Origin: an uncultured Bdellovibrionales bacterium
GTDB lineage: Bacteria > Patescibacteriota > Minisyncoccia > Moranbacterales > UBA1568
Reading direction: 5' to 3'
DNA: 64,000 bases
NCBI GenBank assembly: GCA_964530135.1
Contig: CAZGXN010000002.1
Span: 67,308 to 131,307, forward strand
Of the stretch, positions 30,822-41,094 are shown in pieces. The notes below the pieces were generated by a model. That model had not been told where the DNA came from and made no database searches. It saw nothing but the letters and a program-made list of their open reading frames with translations. Positions within the stretch are counted from its first letter, which is position 1. Each line of letters begins with the position of its first letter. A program made the translations under genes and the position numbers.

Positions 30822-32240
30822 TTACAGTTCTTCCCACAAATCTAATTCATACTGAGTCCCAGCTGGAAAGAAAGGGGGCGGACAATACATAAGATTATTA
30901 TCATAAAACAGATTGCGAGTGATATAACCCGATACATGATTCCCTGAGATATCCGCCCAGGCGAAACCATAACGCTGATTGCTCGCGATCGCGCCGTACA
31001 CGGTGATCGCATCACGGATAGCATATGGACCTGTATAGTTGGCTCGACCGACCCGCCCCGATTGAGCAATCAAGGCCGCATCGATCCGCAGAACATTATT
31101 ACTTTGGCGATAGACTTCGACATCCTGTTGTCCAATCAGGCCAATCATATCAGTACAGTCATAGTTGGTGTATCGGACATCTTTACCCAAATACATGGTT
31201 TTCTTAGCGGCTGAAATGAGATTGGCCGCGACGACCGTCACGCGTTTCCCACTAACCGTCCCTTCGAGCCACACATTGTTTTCTACGTAAATTATACCGT
31301 TGTTGGGGATAGTATAGCTCGACCAACCACCCGAATAATTATTGATTTCATTGGTCGAAGCATTGAAACTCTGGACCGTCCGGATATCAAATGTGTCATT
31401 GGCCTTGAGTATAATATGCCGTCCTTGGTTCGTATTATCAAAGTAGAGGCTTCCATTCGTACCCGCCTGCGCCTCCGTCTTCATGAAGCTCAGATCTGCC
31501 AATACACCACTAAAATCTGCAGTGCCAACTGGAAAGGAGCGTCCTGCCTCAAAAACCGTCGGAACATCAGGTACCGCCGTCGGTGGCAGAGGATCAACTG
31601 GATTGTGTGTGTGTACTCCAAACTCATTTGATCCCAGATGATCAGGATCATTGTAATCAGAAACCGCACTCGAAACAGTATTGTGTGCCAAGCCATCAAA
31701 ACGGATACCGTAGTTTGAATGAATCCTTCCAAAGACTTCTGTGCCCGCTCCAAATCGAATATAATCATTTGCCAAAACACTATATTCGCTCCAAGAAGGA
31801 CGGCGCAGTCGAGCCTGAATCGTCCGTTGAACAGTCGGAAATTTGTATGTCCACCCCGTTGATTTTACCGTTACGCTCGTATACCCTGTTTCCGGAGGTA
31901 TGACTTCGAGACGATACCGGCCAATGACGCCCCCGCTCGGATCAGAATAATCGCTCTCATACGCTGTACCAACACCATAGGCGCTCCCGCCACTCCAAAA
32001 GGCTTCGATCTGTGCGGCTGTTTTCCCTTCAACATTATGAGCGAGATACCAACGATAGAAATCAATACCCGCCTCAGCGATCTGAAATGACTGCTCACGG
32101 GAACGGATCTGGAGCGTATATTGGATATTGGATGAGACATACTGAACAATCGAGACAAGGATGATCTGCACGACCGCCATGATGACCAAGCCGTAGACAA
32201 GTGCACTGCCTGATTGCCGCCGTTGCATACTGTTTATCAT
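30822..32240 (-). CDS. Large pilus-associated protein with a PilX-N-like N-terminal hydrophobic segment.
   Basis: MQRRQSGSALVYGLVIMAVVQIILVSIV... resembles the PilX N-terminal domain; 472 aa, β-rich Ser/Thr/Asn/Gly-rich body. Confidence 0.5.
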   Translation of the reverse strand: MINSMQRRQSGSALVYGLVIMAVVQIILVSIVQYVSSNIQYTLQIRSREQSFQIAEAGIDFYRWYLAHNVEGKTAAQIEAFWSGGSAYGVGTAYESDYSDPSGGVIGRYRLEVIPPETGYTSVTVKSTGWTYKFPTVQRTIQARLRRPSWSEYSVLANDYIRFGAGTEVFGRIHSNYGIRFDGLAHNTVSSAVSDYNDPDHLGSNEFGVHTHNPVDPLPPTAVPDVPTVFEAGRSFPVGTADFSGVLADLSFMKTEAQAGTNGSLYFDNTNQGRHIILKANDTFDIRTVQSFNASTNEINNYSGGWSSYTIPNNGIIYVENNVWLEGTVSGKRVTVVAANLISAAKKTMYLGKDVRYTNYDCTDMIGLIGQQDVEVYRQSNNVLRIDAALIAQSGRVGRANYTGPYAIRDAITVYGAIASNQRYGFAWADISGNHVSGYITRNLFYDNNLMYCPPPFFPAGTQYELDLWEEL

Positions 32241-32866
32241 AGTGACTTGAGATTACGAAGGTCTGCAAACGATTCTATGTTGATATTATTCGGTGCCTTA
32301 ATCGGGTCGATATTCATCCGAATGAATACTCGCACCAGTCGGACATCTTCAATCGCGATTGGTGTCGGGATAGGATTGTTTACCGTATCCCCGGGATAAT
32401 TTTCATTATAGTAATAAAAGAGAGGTTCGGTTGACTCATTCACAATGTAATCTGCGAGTACCGTCGTCGTCCCATCACCCGCCGCATAGGTCGGTGGCTG
32501 AGTCGAGGACGGTTCTCGCACCCCGCGCATCAATCGATCATTCGTCGCATCCAACCAATAGTGAACGCGTTCGGTGACACCGTCATTATCAATATCCAAA
32601 TACACCTGTAAATCAAAATCGTCTCCGGACTCGACTGGATAGTCGCCATTATCCGCTTGGCGTACTTTCCGTAAATTCTTGATGATGTCGCTTGAAGCCC
32701 GATTAACCTGTATCGCTGTTACGCCTGTTTCCAAGATAAATTTATTGCTTTTCCAACTGCTGGAAAAGAGGAGTGTGAAACCGAGCATTCCCGCAGCCAT
32801 GATAAAAATCGCCACGATCATTTCGATCAGCGTCAATCCTCTCAAGCGTTTCCGATAAATTCTCAT
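32237..32866 (-). CDS. Type IV pilin-like protein (prepilin-type N-terminal cleavage/methylation domain).
   Basis: MRIYRKRLRG|LTLIEMIVAIFIMAAGML... class-III signal with Glu at +5. Confidence 0.7.
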   Translation of the reverse strand: MRIYRKRLRGLTLIEMIVAIFIMAAGMLGFTLLFSSSWKSNKFILETGVTAIQVNRASSDIIKNLRKVRQADNGDYPVESGDDFDLQVYLDIDNDGVTERVHYWLDATNDRLMRGVREPSSTQPPTYAAGDGTTTVLADYIVNESTEPLFYYYNENYPGDTVNNPIPTPIAIEDVRLVRVFIRMNIDPIKAPNNINIESFADLRNLKSL

Positions 32867-32882
32867 AGTCAGAAATACTATT

Positions 32883-34262
32883 TTATAGACTCATGGGCAC
32901 AGCGAGTGACTCTAGTCCGGAGGAAACTGTAACTGTTCCATTTTGTGTCGTATACCCAGTTGCCGTAATCGCATAATCATAGGTAGCCGCAACGAGTCCG
33001 GGCGTTGCAGTCGCGGGGAGATAGGCTTTCCCGTAAAGACTCGTCGTTACTGTCTCATCATACACAAGTGTGGTATTGGTGAGCCGGACAGATGCGCCAC
33101 TAATCGGTGTTCCATCTGTCGCATTTGTTACAGTGAAAAGCACGCCATTCACCGCTGTATCGGCCAGAATCATCTCGACAGTCTTCGTCGTATTCGGAGA
33201 AAGATCAATAGTATTCCCGCTCGCCGCCGATTCAGGATTGAGCCGCACAAAACGATACCCCGTTTCACCACTATCCAGGGTCCAGGTATAGCTTCCAGAG
33301 CTCCGGTTTTCATATTCCCGCTCTCCACTTCCATTCGTCGCCGCATCCTCTCCAAAATCATAGACTGGCACACCCGTTCCAAAGTTCGTCCCGAGCTGTC
33401 GGCCACCATCAATCCGATAGTCAATATTTGGAACCATAACACCAAAAGGGTCTTCTGTCTGAAGTCGCAGCGTCGAAGAATAGTCCATCACAAAGGATGT
33501 CTGATTCACCACACTATCCACTACCGAAGCATGTACATCCGTCGGAACAAAGGTCGTCGTTGGATAGGGTGCGTAGGTGGCACTCCCAAAGTATCCAGAT
33601 TTTGAAAAGGTTATCCGGTAATTTTGAACACTCGCTGGTGCCCCAACAAAAAAGAGATTGCCAGATGCATCCGTAGTAGCCGTCACATCAACCGCTGGGG
33701 TTACTGCGCTGTTGACGACGCGTACCGTCGCACCAGAGACGCCATTACCCTGTGAGTCGAGGATATTGATAGAAAGAGTGCCACCACCCGCAGGTTGCTC
33801 TACCCCCAAGGGAGAGAAGGTAGAAAAAAGCGCCACTTTTTCAGCATCACTCTCGCTCCCCCACGCGACTTCGACACGAACGCGCTTATAATCGTTCGGA
33901 ACGGCATCGTTCGGGCTCCCGCTCAATGTGCCATCATACGCATCATCCACATACTGGACAAACGTGTGCACCTGATACACAGAGTTGTTTACCGGAACGG
34001 TCTCATTTTCTTGTATATCACCCGCTGGAATACCTGAAACTGTCCCTATAGCCTCATAGCTAAGACTCCGCACAATCTCCATTTTCTGATTTGCCAGAGC
34101 AATCGCTCCCAAACGATATTTTGATTGTTGGATCAACGCCGTGCTGTACGCAAATGTCTGAAAGAAAACCGCTGTGATAAGCGAAAAAAGAAATAAAAAG
34201 ACCAAGCCCTCAATCAGGGTAAATCCCGAGAGGTGGCGTCGTACTGTGCCGATACCTAACAT
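32883..34262 (-). CDS. Large type IV pilin-like protein (prepilin N-terminus plus ~420-aa Thr/Ser/Gly-rich body).
   Basis: RRHLSG|FTLIEGLVFLFLFSLITAVF... canonical GFTLIE prepilin motif. Confidence 0.7.
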   Translation of the reverse strand: MLGIGTVRRHLSGFTLIEGLVFLFLFSLITAVFFQTFAYSTALIQQSKYRLGAIALANQKMEIVRSLSYEAIGTVSGIPAGDIQENETVPVNNSVYQVHTFVQYVDDAYDGTLSGSPNDAVPNDYKRVRVEVAWGSESDAEKVALFSTFSPLGVEQPAGGGTLSINILDSQGNGVSGATVRVVNSAVTPAVDVTATTDASGNLFFVGAPASVQNYRITFSKSGYFGSATYAPYPTTTFVPTDVHASVVDSVVNQTSFVMDYSSTLRLQTEDPFGVMVPNIDYRIDGGRQLGTNFGTGVPVYDFGEDAATNGSGEREYENRSSGSYTWTLDSGETGYRFVRLNPESAASGNTIDLSPNTTKTVEMILADTAVNGVLFTVTNATDGTPISGASVRLTNTTLVYDETVTTSLYGKAYLPATATPGLVAATYDYAITATGYTTQNGTVTVSSGLESLAVPMSL

Positions 34263-34270
34263 AGGGAGGG

Positions 34271-35494
34271 TTACTTGATATTTTCGAGCACACTATACAT
34301 CGGCTGCAACATCGCAACCGCAAAAAATCCGACTGTACTTCCGATCAGGAGCATAAGAATCGGTTCGATAATGGATGACATATTTTTTGTAATCTGAGAG
34401 ACTTCTTCTTCATAAAATTCTGCGAGACGCTGAAGAACATTTTCTGTTTTTCCTGTTTCTTCACCAACCTGGATAATCTGAGGAACAAGAATCGGGAAGA
34501 TGCTTGGGTATTGACCGATGATTTTTGAAAGCTCGGTCCCCTTTTGAATTTCTTCAATCCCTTTCATTAATGCCTCTCGATAGTAAACGTTGCCCAATGT
34601 CCGTGAGACGATGGTCAATGCGGTAACCACTGAAATACCACTCTTTAAAAGTGAACTATAAATGCGGGCAAAACGAGCGCAATTCACCTTAATGACGATA
34701 CTACCGATAATGGGCATCCGCAGTATTATCCAATGAAGCATATGCCTCCCCGCATCAGTTTTTGACAGAATCCGAAACCCGACTGCTGACCCGATGACAA
34801 TCCCGAGGGTCAGAATCCAATGCGTCCGGATAAAATCCGACAGATTGATGATAAACTGAGTCGTCGCCGGCAGCTTCACTTCCATATCGATGAAGACCTG
34901 TGTAATCTTTGGTAGGATGTATGTCAGCATAAGAATACCGATACCGATCATTGCGACGACGATCACGGCCGGATAAATCATTGCTCCACGCACCTTCGAA
35001 AGCAAATCATTCTCTTTTTCAAGCTGCAGCGCCAGGATGTCAAGAATCTCCTCCAAATTACCTGAGATCTCTCCAACCGAAATCATGCTGACGAAAAGCT
35101 CATTAAACACGCTCGGGTACTTGGCCAACCCCTCGGAGAGCTGCTTACCTGCCTGGACATCATCATGGACACTTTGCAGGATTTTTTGAAAGCGACGATT
35201 GCTCGTCTGCAAGGAAAGATTGTGGATGGCTCGCGATACCGTCAAGCCAGACGATGTCATGACGGCGAGGTTACGAGTAAAAACCATCTTTTCCTTCAAC
35301 GGAACCGTCATGAATCGCTCAAGGAACTTGACTTGAGTTCCCTCTGACGCTTCTTCAATACACTTTATTGATGTAACCAAAAAACCCTGGGTTCGGAGCT
35401 CTTGTCCGACCTGGTTCTCATCTTTGCCGACAATTTCTCCACCCTTCGTTTCACCAGTAGAGATATTCTTGGCTGTATACAAATACTTCGGCAT
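34271..35494 (-). CDS. pilC: Type IV pilus platform protein PilC (GspF family).
   Basis: 407 aa, duplicated GspF domains, 3 TM, N-terminus MPKYLYTAKNISTGETKGGEI... typical PilC. Confidence 0.85.
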   Translation of the reverse strand: MPKYLYTAKNISTGETKGGEIVGKDENQVGQELRTQGFLVTSIKCIEEASEGTQVKFLERFMTVPLKEKMVFTRNLAVMTSSGLTVSRAIHNLSLQTSNRRFQKILQSVHDDVQAGKQLSEGLAKYPSVFNELFVSMISVGEISGNLEEILDILALQLEKENDLLSKVRGAMIYPAVIVVAMIGIGILMLTYILPKITQVFIDMEVKLPATTQFIINLSDFIRTHWILTLGIVIGSAVGFRILSKTDAGRHMLHWIILRMPIIGSIVIKVNCARFARIYSSLLKSGISVVTALTIVSRTLGNVYYREALMKGIEEIQKGTELSKIIGQYPSIFPILVPQIIQVGEETGKTENVLQRLAEFYEEEVSQITKNMSSIIEPILMLLIGSTVGFFAVAMLQPMYSVLENIK

Positions 35495-35543
35495 GGCCGT
35501 TTCGTTGGTGTTTCTTTTCCTCTAGTATAGCATGCAGAAAAAT

Positions 35544-36470
35544 CTACGATACCAAGAGGCCGTGCACAGCCAGACGCTCCTTGAAACGATCGAAGACAGC
35601 TGGGCCCTTGGGACACGGCAAAAAAATAAGTGCCTGATCATTTGCAACGATAAAAGCGCCGGGTGTCTGAGATTTTGGGTTTTGTTCGATTTTTTTCTTC
35701 TGCCAGGAAGATAACTTCACTTCCCACCCCTCCCAAGAAAAAAGCTGTTCCAGCAAAAGACGCAGTTTCAGTTGAAGGCGAGATGCTGAATGCAACCAAA
35801 AATTCGGCAATGTCGTGGGCTGATAGGTTGGCTTCAATCGGGCCATCCAGCGATTAGCCAGCTCGAAATGCCGTTCGGTGTCCCGCCCAACCAGCGTGTA
35901 CATGAAACGATACTCGCTGGCAGAAAAATAATCCTGCATCGCAATTTCCAAACTTGCATCGGTAATAAAATAATTGAGACAAGCCCGATTCTCAACGTAA
36001 CGGCCATGCCGACGCTTACCAAAAAGCTGAAGTACCAGTGATAATGCCGTTCGACCACGCCAAATGGCACCGCCTGAGAGCACAACGAAGAAGTCCCAGT
36101 CACTCTCATGATCACCTCGTTTCATCGAGAGGCTACCTGTCAATGCGATCATCCGTACAAAGGGAACCCAAGCCAATTTCCAGGCCAGCGCGGCCGCACG
36201 ACGAATCTTGGGTACAGCATACTTTTCGCTCCGAATCCGAGCTGACACCAGAAGCTCACGCTGCGGCAATATGAGAAATCCACTCAAACGAGTAATCGCC
36301 CCAAGGGCTACAAGACCATCAAGTACACCCGAAACCTGCCCCAGTGTCGGAGCTTCTGACGATACTTCATCGTGAGTCGCGATGAGGTGCTTCCACACCT
36401 CAAACGCAGTCATCGGATAATCCAACGCATCATAGTAGACGATTGTTGCCAGAACTGTTTTTCGCAACAT
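35544..36470 (-). CDS. Hypothetical protein with nucleotidyltransferase-fold (Pol-beta-like) signature.
   Basis: ...TGSLSMKRGDHESDWDFFVV... fits hG[GS]-x9-13-[DE]h[DE]h; 308 aa, no P-loop; immediately upstream of pilC. Confidence 0.4.
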   Translation of the reverse strand: MLRKTVLATIVYYDALDYPMTAFEVWKHLIATHDEVSSEAPTLGQVSGVLDGLVALGAITRLSGFLILPQRELLVSARIRSEKYAVPKIRRAAALAWKLAWVPFVRMIALTGSLSMKRGDHESDWDFFVVLSGGAIWRGRTALSLVLQLFGKRRHGRYVENRACLNYFITDASLEIAMQDYFSASEYRFMYTLVGRDTERHFELANRWMARLKPTYQPTTLPNFWLHSASRLQLKLRLLLEQLFSWEGWEVKLSSWQKKKIEQNPKSQTPGAFIVANDQALIFLPCPKGPAVFDRFKERLAVHGLLVS

Positions 36471-36482
36471 ATAGTCGTACCG

Positions 36483-39290
36483 CTACAGATACTTCCCCGT
36501 AAAACTTGTTTTCACCTTCTTGAGTTTTTCGGGAATCCCCGCGTACACCACTTGTCCACCCCGTTCCCCGCCTTCAGGACCCATATCGATTACCCAGTCT
36601 GACGCACGAATAACATCTATGTTGTGCTCGACGACCAACACGGTATTTCCTTTATCGACAAGTGCATTTAAAACCTCAAGCAGTCGCCGCACATCTTCGA
36701 AGTGAAGACCAATAGTCGGTTCATCGAGGATATACAGTGTCTTCCCAGTTGATTTTCGGGCCAGCTCCGTGGCCAGCTTGATGCGCTGAGCTTCACCACC
36801 TGAGAGATTGGGTGCACTCTGCCCCAAAACGAGATATCCCAGGCCGACTTCCTCCAAGACCCGAAGTTTCTCTTCAATCATCGGCTGGTCGAGAAAGAAA
36901 TGCCGCGCTGCCGAAACAGTCAGTCGCAGCACTTCAGAAATATTCATCCCCCGATACTGAATCGCCAATGTTTTCGCATTGTAACGCGTCCCATTACAGA
37001 CTTCACAAGGAATATAGACATCTGGTAAGAGATACATCTCGATCTTTTTCAATCCACCACCCTGACAGACTTCACATCGCCCACCGCGCATATTAAAACT
37101 AAAATAAGACGCCGAGTACCGTTCCTTAACGGCTTCAGGTGTCGCGGCAAATACATCTCGAATAAGACTAAAAATACCGGTATAGGTTGCCGCATTGGAA
37201 CGCGGTGTTCGGCCAATAGCATCCTGAGTAACCGTGATTACTTTATCGATATGCTCAATCCCACGCAACGCAGTATGTTTACCTGGGTCAGTTCGAGCCT
37301 GGTAGAAATGTCGGGACAAGGCTCGAGAGAGAATATCATGCACGAGTGTGGATTTGCCCGAACCAGAAACACCAGAAACCGCAACAAATTTTCCGAGCGG
37401 GATTTCAACGGTTACCGCTTTCAAATTGTGTTCCGTTGCACCCTCGATAGAAAGCGACTTCCCCGAACCCGTGCGGAGTGTGTCACGCTTCATAACCAAG
37501 CGTTTGCCTGAGAGGTATTGGCCCGTGAGGAGTTTTGATTTCATGAGTTTTTCCGGTGTACCCGAAAAAATAATCTCACCGCCTTCCCGACCGGCACCCG
37601 GGCCAAGATCAATAATCCAATCAGCTTTCCGCATAATTGCTACATCATGTTCGACCACGACGAGAGAATTATTGGCACCCCGCAGTTCCTCCAATGCTCG
37701 AATAAGCCGGTCCGTATCGCGACTATGCAGTCCAACCGAGGGTTCGTCGAGGACATAGATAATACCTGAAAGTCCCGACTTAATTTGGACGGCCAGTCGA
37801 ATACGCTGCGCTTCACCACCCGAAAGTGTATCCGCACTCCGCGAAAGTGAGAGGTAGCCGAGACCGACCTTGTCAACCGCCATCAGGCGCATCTCCATTT
37901 CATTAAACAATGGTTCTACCAGAGATTTTTCCTCACCATCCGAAAGGAGTTTGGATCGCAAATCTTTGAAAAATATCCGAAGATCCTCAATCGAGCGATC
38001 AACAAAAGCATTGATATTTTTGTCTGCAATATAGACCGAGAGCGATTCGGGGCGGAGTCGCTTCCCCTCACAATCCGAACAGCGCCGCATAAACATAAAA
38101 GTCTCAATCTCGGCGCGCAGATGATCCGACTTCGTCTCACGATATTTTCGTTCGAGCAAACCAAGCACCCCGGGAAATCCAAATTCATCCGTTGGATCAC
38201 GCCGAGCATCACCCCGAAGAATGTATTCTCGCTCTCGCGCTGTCAATTTTTTTACTGGGACATCCAGCGATATTTTCTCACGCTTGGCCATCTCCCGAAA
38301 CAGTGTCATTGGACCATTGCCATTTCCCCGATCACTATTCATCTTGCTCCAGGGACGGATAGCACCCTCAGCGATCGAAAGTGTATCATTTGGGATAACG
38401 AGCGCTGGATCAAATTCGAGTGTCACGCCCAAACCACCACAGGTCGGACAGGCACCCTCGGGACTATTGAATGAAAAGTGGGCTGGTGAAAACTCGGGGA
38501 GCTCAATCAAACAAGTTTCACACCGATACCGCTCGTGATAATTATGAAAATGCCGACCATCAACAAACAGGCGCATAACTCCCTGACCCGTCTGAAACGC
38601 CGTATGGATCGAATCAAGCAAGCGTTCTTTGTCCGGACGCACTGAATCAAGAGTTAATCGGTCAATAATGACGAGACAATTCGCCGGTGCGGCTGGATCA
38701 ACGCGATTCTTAAGCTCCGCTAGCGAAATCGCCGTTTCAGCGTACCAGACTCGAACGAAACCCCAATCATCAATGAGATCCATAGCTTGCTGCCAGGTCT
38801 TTCCGATAAGTAAGGGGCTTTCCGCAGCCAGCACCAATTGCGACCCGCTCGGCAATGTGAGAATCTCATTCAGAATTGTTACGGCTGTCTTGCGTGAGAG
38901 CGTCTGATCACACTTCGGACAATGGGGCTGACCAACTTTTGCAAAGAGCAATCGGAGGTAGTCATACACCTCAGTCATAGTTCCGACCGTCGAACGCGGA
39001 CTGCGCGACACGCTCTTCTGATCAATCGAGATAGCCGGCGAGAGATTACGAATCGTATCGACATCCGGCTTGTCATAGCCCTCCATGAAATTTCGGGCAT
39101 AGGCCGAGAGGCTCTCAACATAGCGCCGATTCGCTTCAGCGTACAAGGTATCAAAAGCCAATGATGATTTTCCTGACCCCGAAAGTCCCGTAACGACGAC
39201 CAGGCAATCACGTGGAATATCAATATCCACATTCTTTAAATTGTTTACCCGGGCCCCGCGAATCTCGATGACGCTCTTTTTTCCAGGCAT
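36483..39290 (-). CDS. uvrA: Excinuclease ABC subunit A (canonical, with insertion domain).
   Basis: 935 aa, two ABC modules, [17 protein letters not shown], three Zn modules (CPKC/CETC, CPTC/CSDC, CEVCQG). Confidence 0.95.
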   Translation of the reverse strand: MPGKKSVIEIRGARVNNLKNVDIDIPRDCLVVVTGLSGSGKSSLAFDTLYAEANRRYVESLSAYARNFMEGYDKPDVDTIRNLSPAISIDQKSVSRSPRSTVGTMTEVYDYLRLLFAKVGQPHCPKCDQTLSRKTAVTILNEILTLPSGSQLVLAAESPLLIGKTWQQAMDLIDDWGFVRVWYAETAISLAELKNRVDPAAPANCLVIIDRLTLDSVRPDKERLLDSIHTAFQTGQGVMRLFVDGRHFHNYHERYRCETCLIELPEFSPAHFSFNSPEGACPTCGGLGVTLEFDPALVIPNDTLSIAEGAIRPWSKMNSDRGNGNGPMTLFREMAKREKISLDVPVKKLTAREREYILRGDARRDPTDEFGFPGVLGLLERKYRETKSDHLRAEIETFMFMRRCSDCEGKRLRPESLSVYIADKNINAFVDRSIEDLRIFFKDLRSKLLSDGEEKSLVEPLFNEMEMRLMAVDKVGLGYLSLSRSADTLSGGEAQRIRLAVQIKSGLSGIIYVLDEPSVGLHSRDTDRLIRALEELRGANNSLVVVEHDVAIMRKADWIIDLGPGAGREGGEIIFSGTPEKLMKSKLLTGQYLSGKRLVMKRDTLRTGSGKSLSIEGATEHNLKAVTVEIPLGKFVAVSGVSGSGKSTLVHDILSRALSRHFYQARTDPGKHTALRGIEHIDKVITVTQDAIGRTPRSNAATYTGIFSLIRDVFAATPEAVKERYSASYFSFNMRGGRCEVCQGGGLKKIEMYLLPDVYIPCEVCNGTRYNAKTLAIQYRGMNISEVLRLTVSAARHFFLDQPMIEEKLRVLEEVGLGYLVLGQSAPNLSGGEAQRIKLATELARKSTGKTLYILDEPTIGLHFEDVRRLLEVLNALVDKGNTVLVVEHNIDVIRASDWVIDMGPEGGERGGQVVYAGIPEKLKKVKTSFTGKYL

Positions 39291-39396
39291 ACGCCGTTCG
39301 GTACGATAGACAAGTTGTTTCCCAGTATACTGGAAATCTGTGCGTCGGTAAAGTATCGCTTCGATCCCCTGGGATATGGAACAATACTACTGACAA

Positions 39397-40707
39397 TTAT
39401 CCCTGAAGAAATTGCGCGCGTTTTTTCTTGCGATGAAAACGGATCGCGAAACGATGCGCCTCGGCATTGGCCAAGAGGATGTCTTTCTCGAACCGTTTGA
39501 CTAACCCGCGCGGCCCGATGATGTGATCCGGCTGGTGCTTGGCATTCTTCACGACACCAACGACCGGAATCGTCAGTCCCTTCTTCTTTAAAATCCGAGT
39601 GGCCACATCCGACTGCAGGAGTGCCCCGTCAACAACCATGAGTTCGGGGAGTATCCATTCACTATGTGCCAGACGACGAGTCAGGATTTCCTCCAAAGCT
39701 GATAGGTCATTGCCACCGTGAGCGTTGCGCAATGTGAACAGTCGATACTCACTCTTCTTGGCCAGGGCGTGCTGCACGACAGTCATGACACCAACGGTCG
39801 CCTCACCCTGGAGATGCGCCGTGTCATAGGCCTCGATCCGTGCGGCCGAGCTTTCCTCACGATCAAGCTTCATGAGTGCGACATCACGAATATGCCCGAG
39901 ATCGAAGAGGAGTCGTTTGATCTCGTTCGCTTTTTCAAACCGCAATTCCTTCGCCGCGACTTTCATTTCACGCTCTAGATTCTTCACGAGATCTACTTTC
40001 TTGCCGCTGAAGAAGAGTACGATCCGTTTCACAGTCTTCCGATAGTCGACCGCTGAGACCGTACCGACGCAGACACCCGGGCATCGGCCGATCTGTGCTT
40101 GAAAGCATGGCCGTGCTTTTTTCTTCTGTTCATCTGTAAGTTCAGCGTACGGTACACATTTGTCGCGGTACGGAAAGATCTGCCGCACAATCTTGAGTGC
40201 CGTCCGGAGTGCTTCCCCACGCGTATACGGGCCGAACCGCTCCTTAATTGGTGCCGTGAACTTCCCCGTCTCGATATCACGCTCGCGAACAAGGAGGACG
40301 CGCGGAAAATCTTCTTTCGTGATGACAACGAAATTATAGCTCTTGTCGTCCTTGGCATCGGTATTGTAGGGCGGCTGATGCTTCTTGATGAGCTGCCCTT
40401 CGCGAAGAAGTGCTTCGAGGATAGAGTCGAGCGGGATCCAGGCAATCGCAACGGCTCGTTCCAGCATAAGGACGAGCTTCGGCCCGCGCGTCTCGGCCAA
40501 ATCAGGACCGAAATAACTCTTCACACGATCCGACAAAATGGTTGCCTTGCCAATATAGAGAATTTCATCACCCGCCCCAAGAAAAAAGTACACGCCCGGC
40601 ATTTCGGGCAGTCCCGCCAACAACGCCAGAAGTGCAACTCTTGCAGACTGGGTGTTTTCCTTGCGGAGGCTCGCAATACTAATTTTCTTCTCCCAGGGAT
40701 GGATCAT
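39397..40707 (-). CDS. uvrC: Excinuclease ABC subunit C, short form lacking the C-terminal (HhH)2 domain.
   Basis: GIY-YIG (GVYFFLGAGDEILYIGKATILSDRVKSY), Cys-rich CFQAQIGRCPGVC, UVR-like RFEKANEIKRL, RNase-H-like RIEAYDTAHLQGE; ends without an HhH2 segment. Confidence 0.8.
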   Translation of the reverse strand: MIHPWEKKISIASLRKENTQSARVALLALLAGLPEMPGVYFFLGAGDEILYIGKATILSDRVKSYFGPDLAETRGPKLVLMLERAVAIAWIPLDSILEALLREGQLIKKHQPPYNTDAKDDKSYNFVVITKEDFPRVLLVRERDIETGKFTAPIKERFGPYTRGEALRTALKIVRQIFPYRDKCVPYAELTDEQKKKARPCFQAQIGRCPGVCVGTVSAVDYRKTVKRIVLFFSGKKVDLVKNLEREMKVAAKELRFEKANEIKRLLFDLGHIRDVALMKLDREESSAARIEAYDTAHLQGEATVGVMTVVQHALAKKSEYRLFTLRNAHGGNDLSALEEILTRRLAHSEWILPELMVVDGALLQSDVATRILKKKGLTIPVVGVVKNAKHQPDHIIGPRGLVKRFEKDILLANAEAHRFAIRFHRKKKRAQFLQG

Positions 40708-40788
40708 AGAAGACTATTATAATATATTGACATCTGTCCGTAAATGGTATATGCTATTGCTAATGTAGCTTAACAACTGGAGGCCCAA

Positions 40789-41031
40789 TTGCCCAAACGC
40801 AATCACCCTGACTACTACTACACCATGTGCAACGAGATCATCGCGCTCATGGATGACCAGGCGGGTAAACCCTTCGATGTCACTTGTTTCAAGAGACAGT
40901 TCCGGAGAGTGGCTATCCGCCACGATATCCTACCCGGATCCGACAGCTATCAAGCCCATTACCGGATTGTCCAGGGCATGGTAGCCCGCAAGCTTCCCCA
41001 GACGCAGCCGCGTCAAACCGCGTTCGTTTAG
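40789..41031 (+). CDS. Hypothetical small protein (80 aa), TTG start.
   Basis: GGAGG Shine-Dalgarno 5 nt upstream of TTG; followed by a hairpin and T9 terminator. One of very few plus-strand genes. Confidence 0.45.
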   Translation: MPKRNHPDYYYTMCNEIIALMDDQAGKPFDVTCFKRQFRRVAIRHDILPGSDSYQAHYRIVQGMVARKLPQTQPRQTAFV

Positions 41032-41092
41032 CCGCGTCCTCTCAGGAGCCAATCACCTCTCACGGTGTGCGGCTCGTTTTTTTTTATACTGA
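41032..41092 (+). terminator. Rho-independent terminator (bidirectional candidate) between the small plus-strand gene and the PD-(D/E)XK nuclease gene.
   Basis: agccgcg...cgcggct stem followed by ttttttttt. Confidence 0.5.
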
Positions 41093-41094
41093 AA

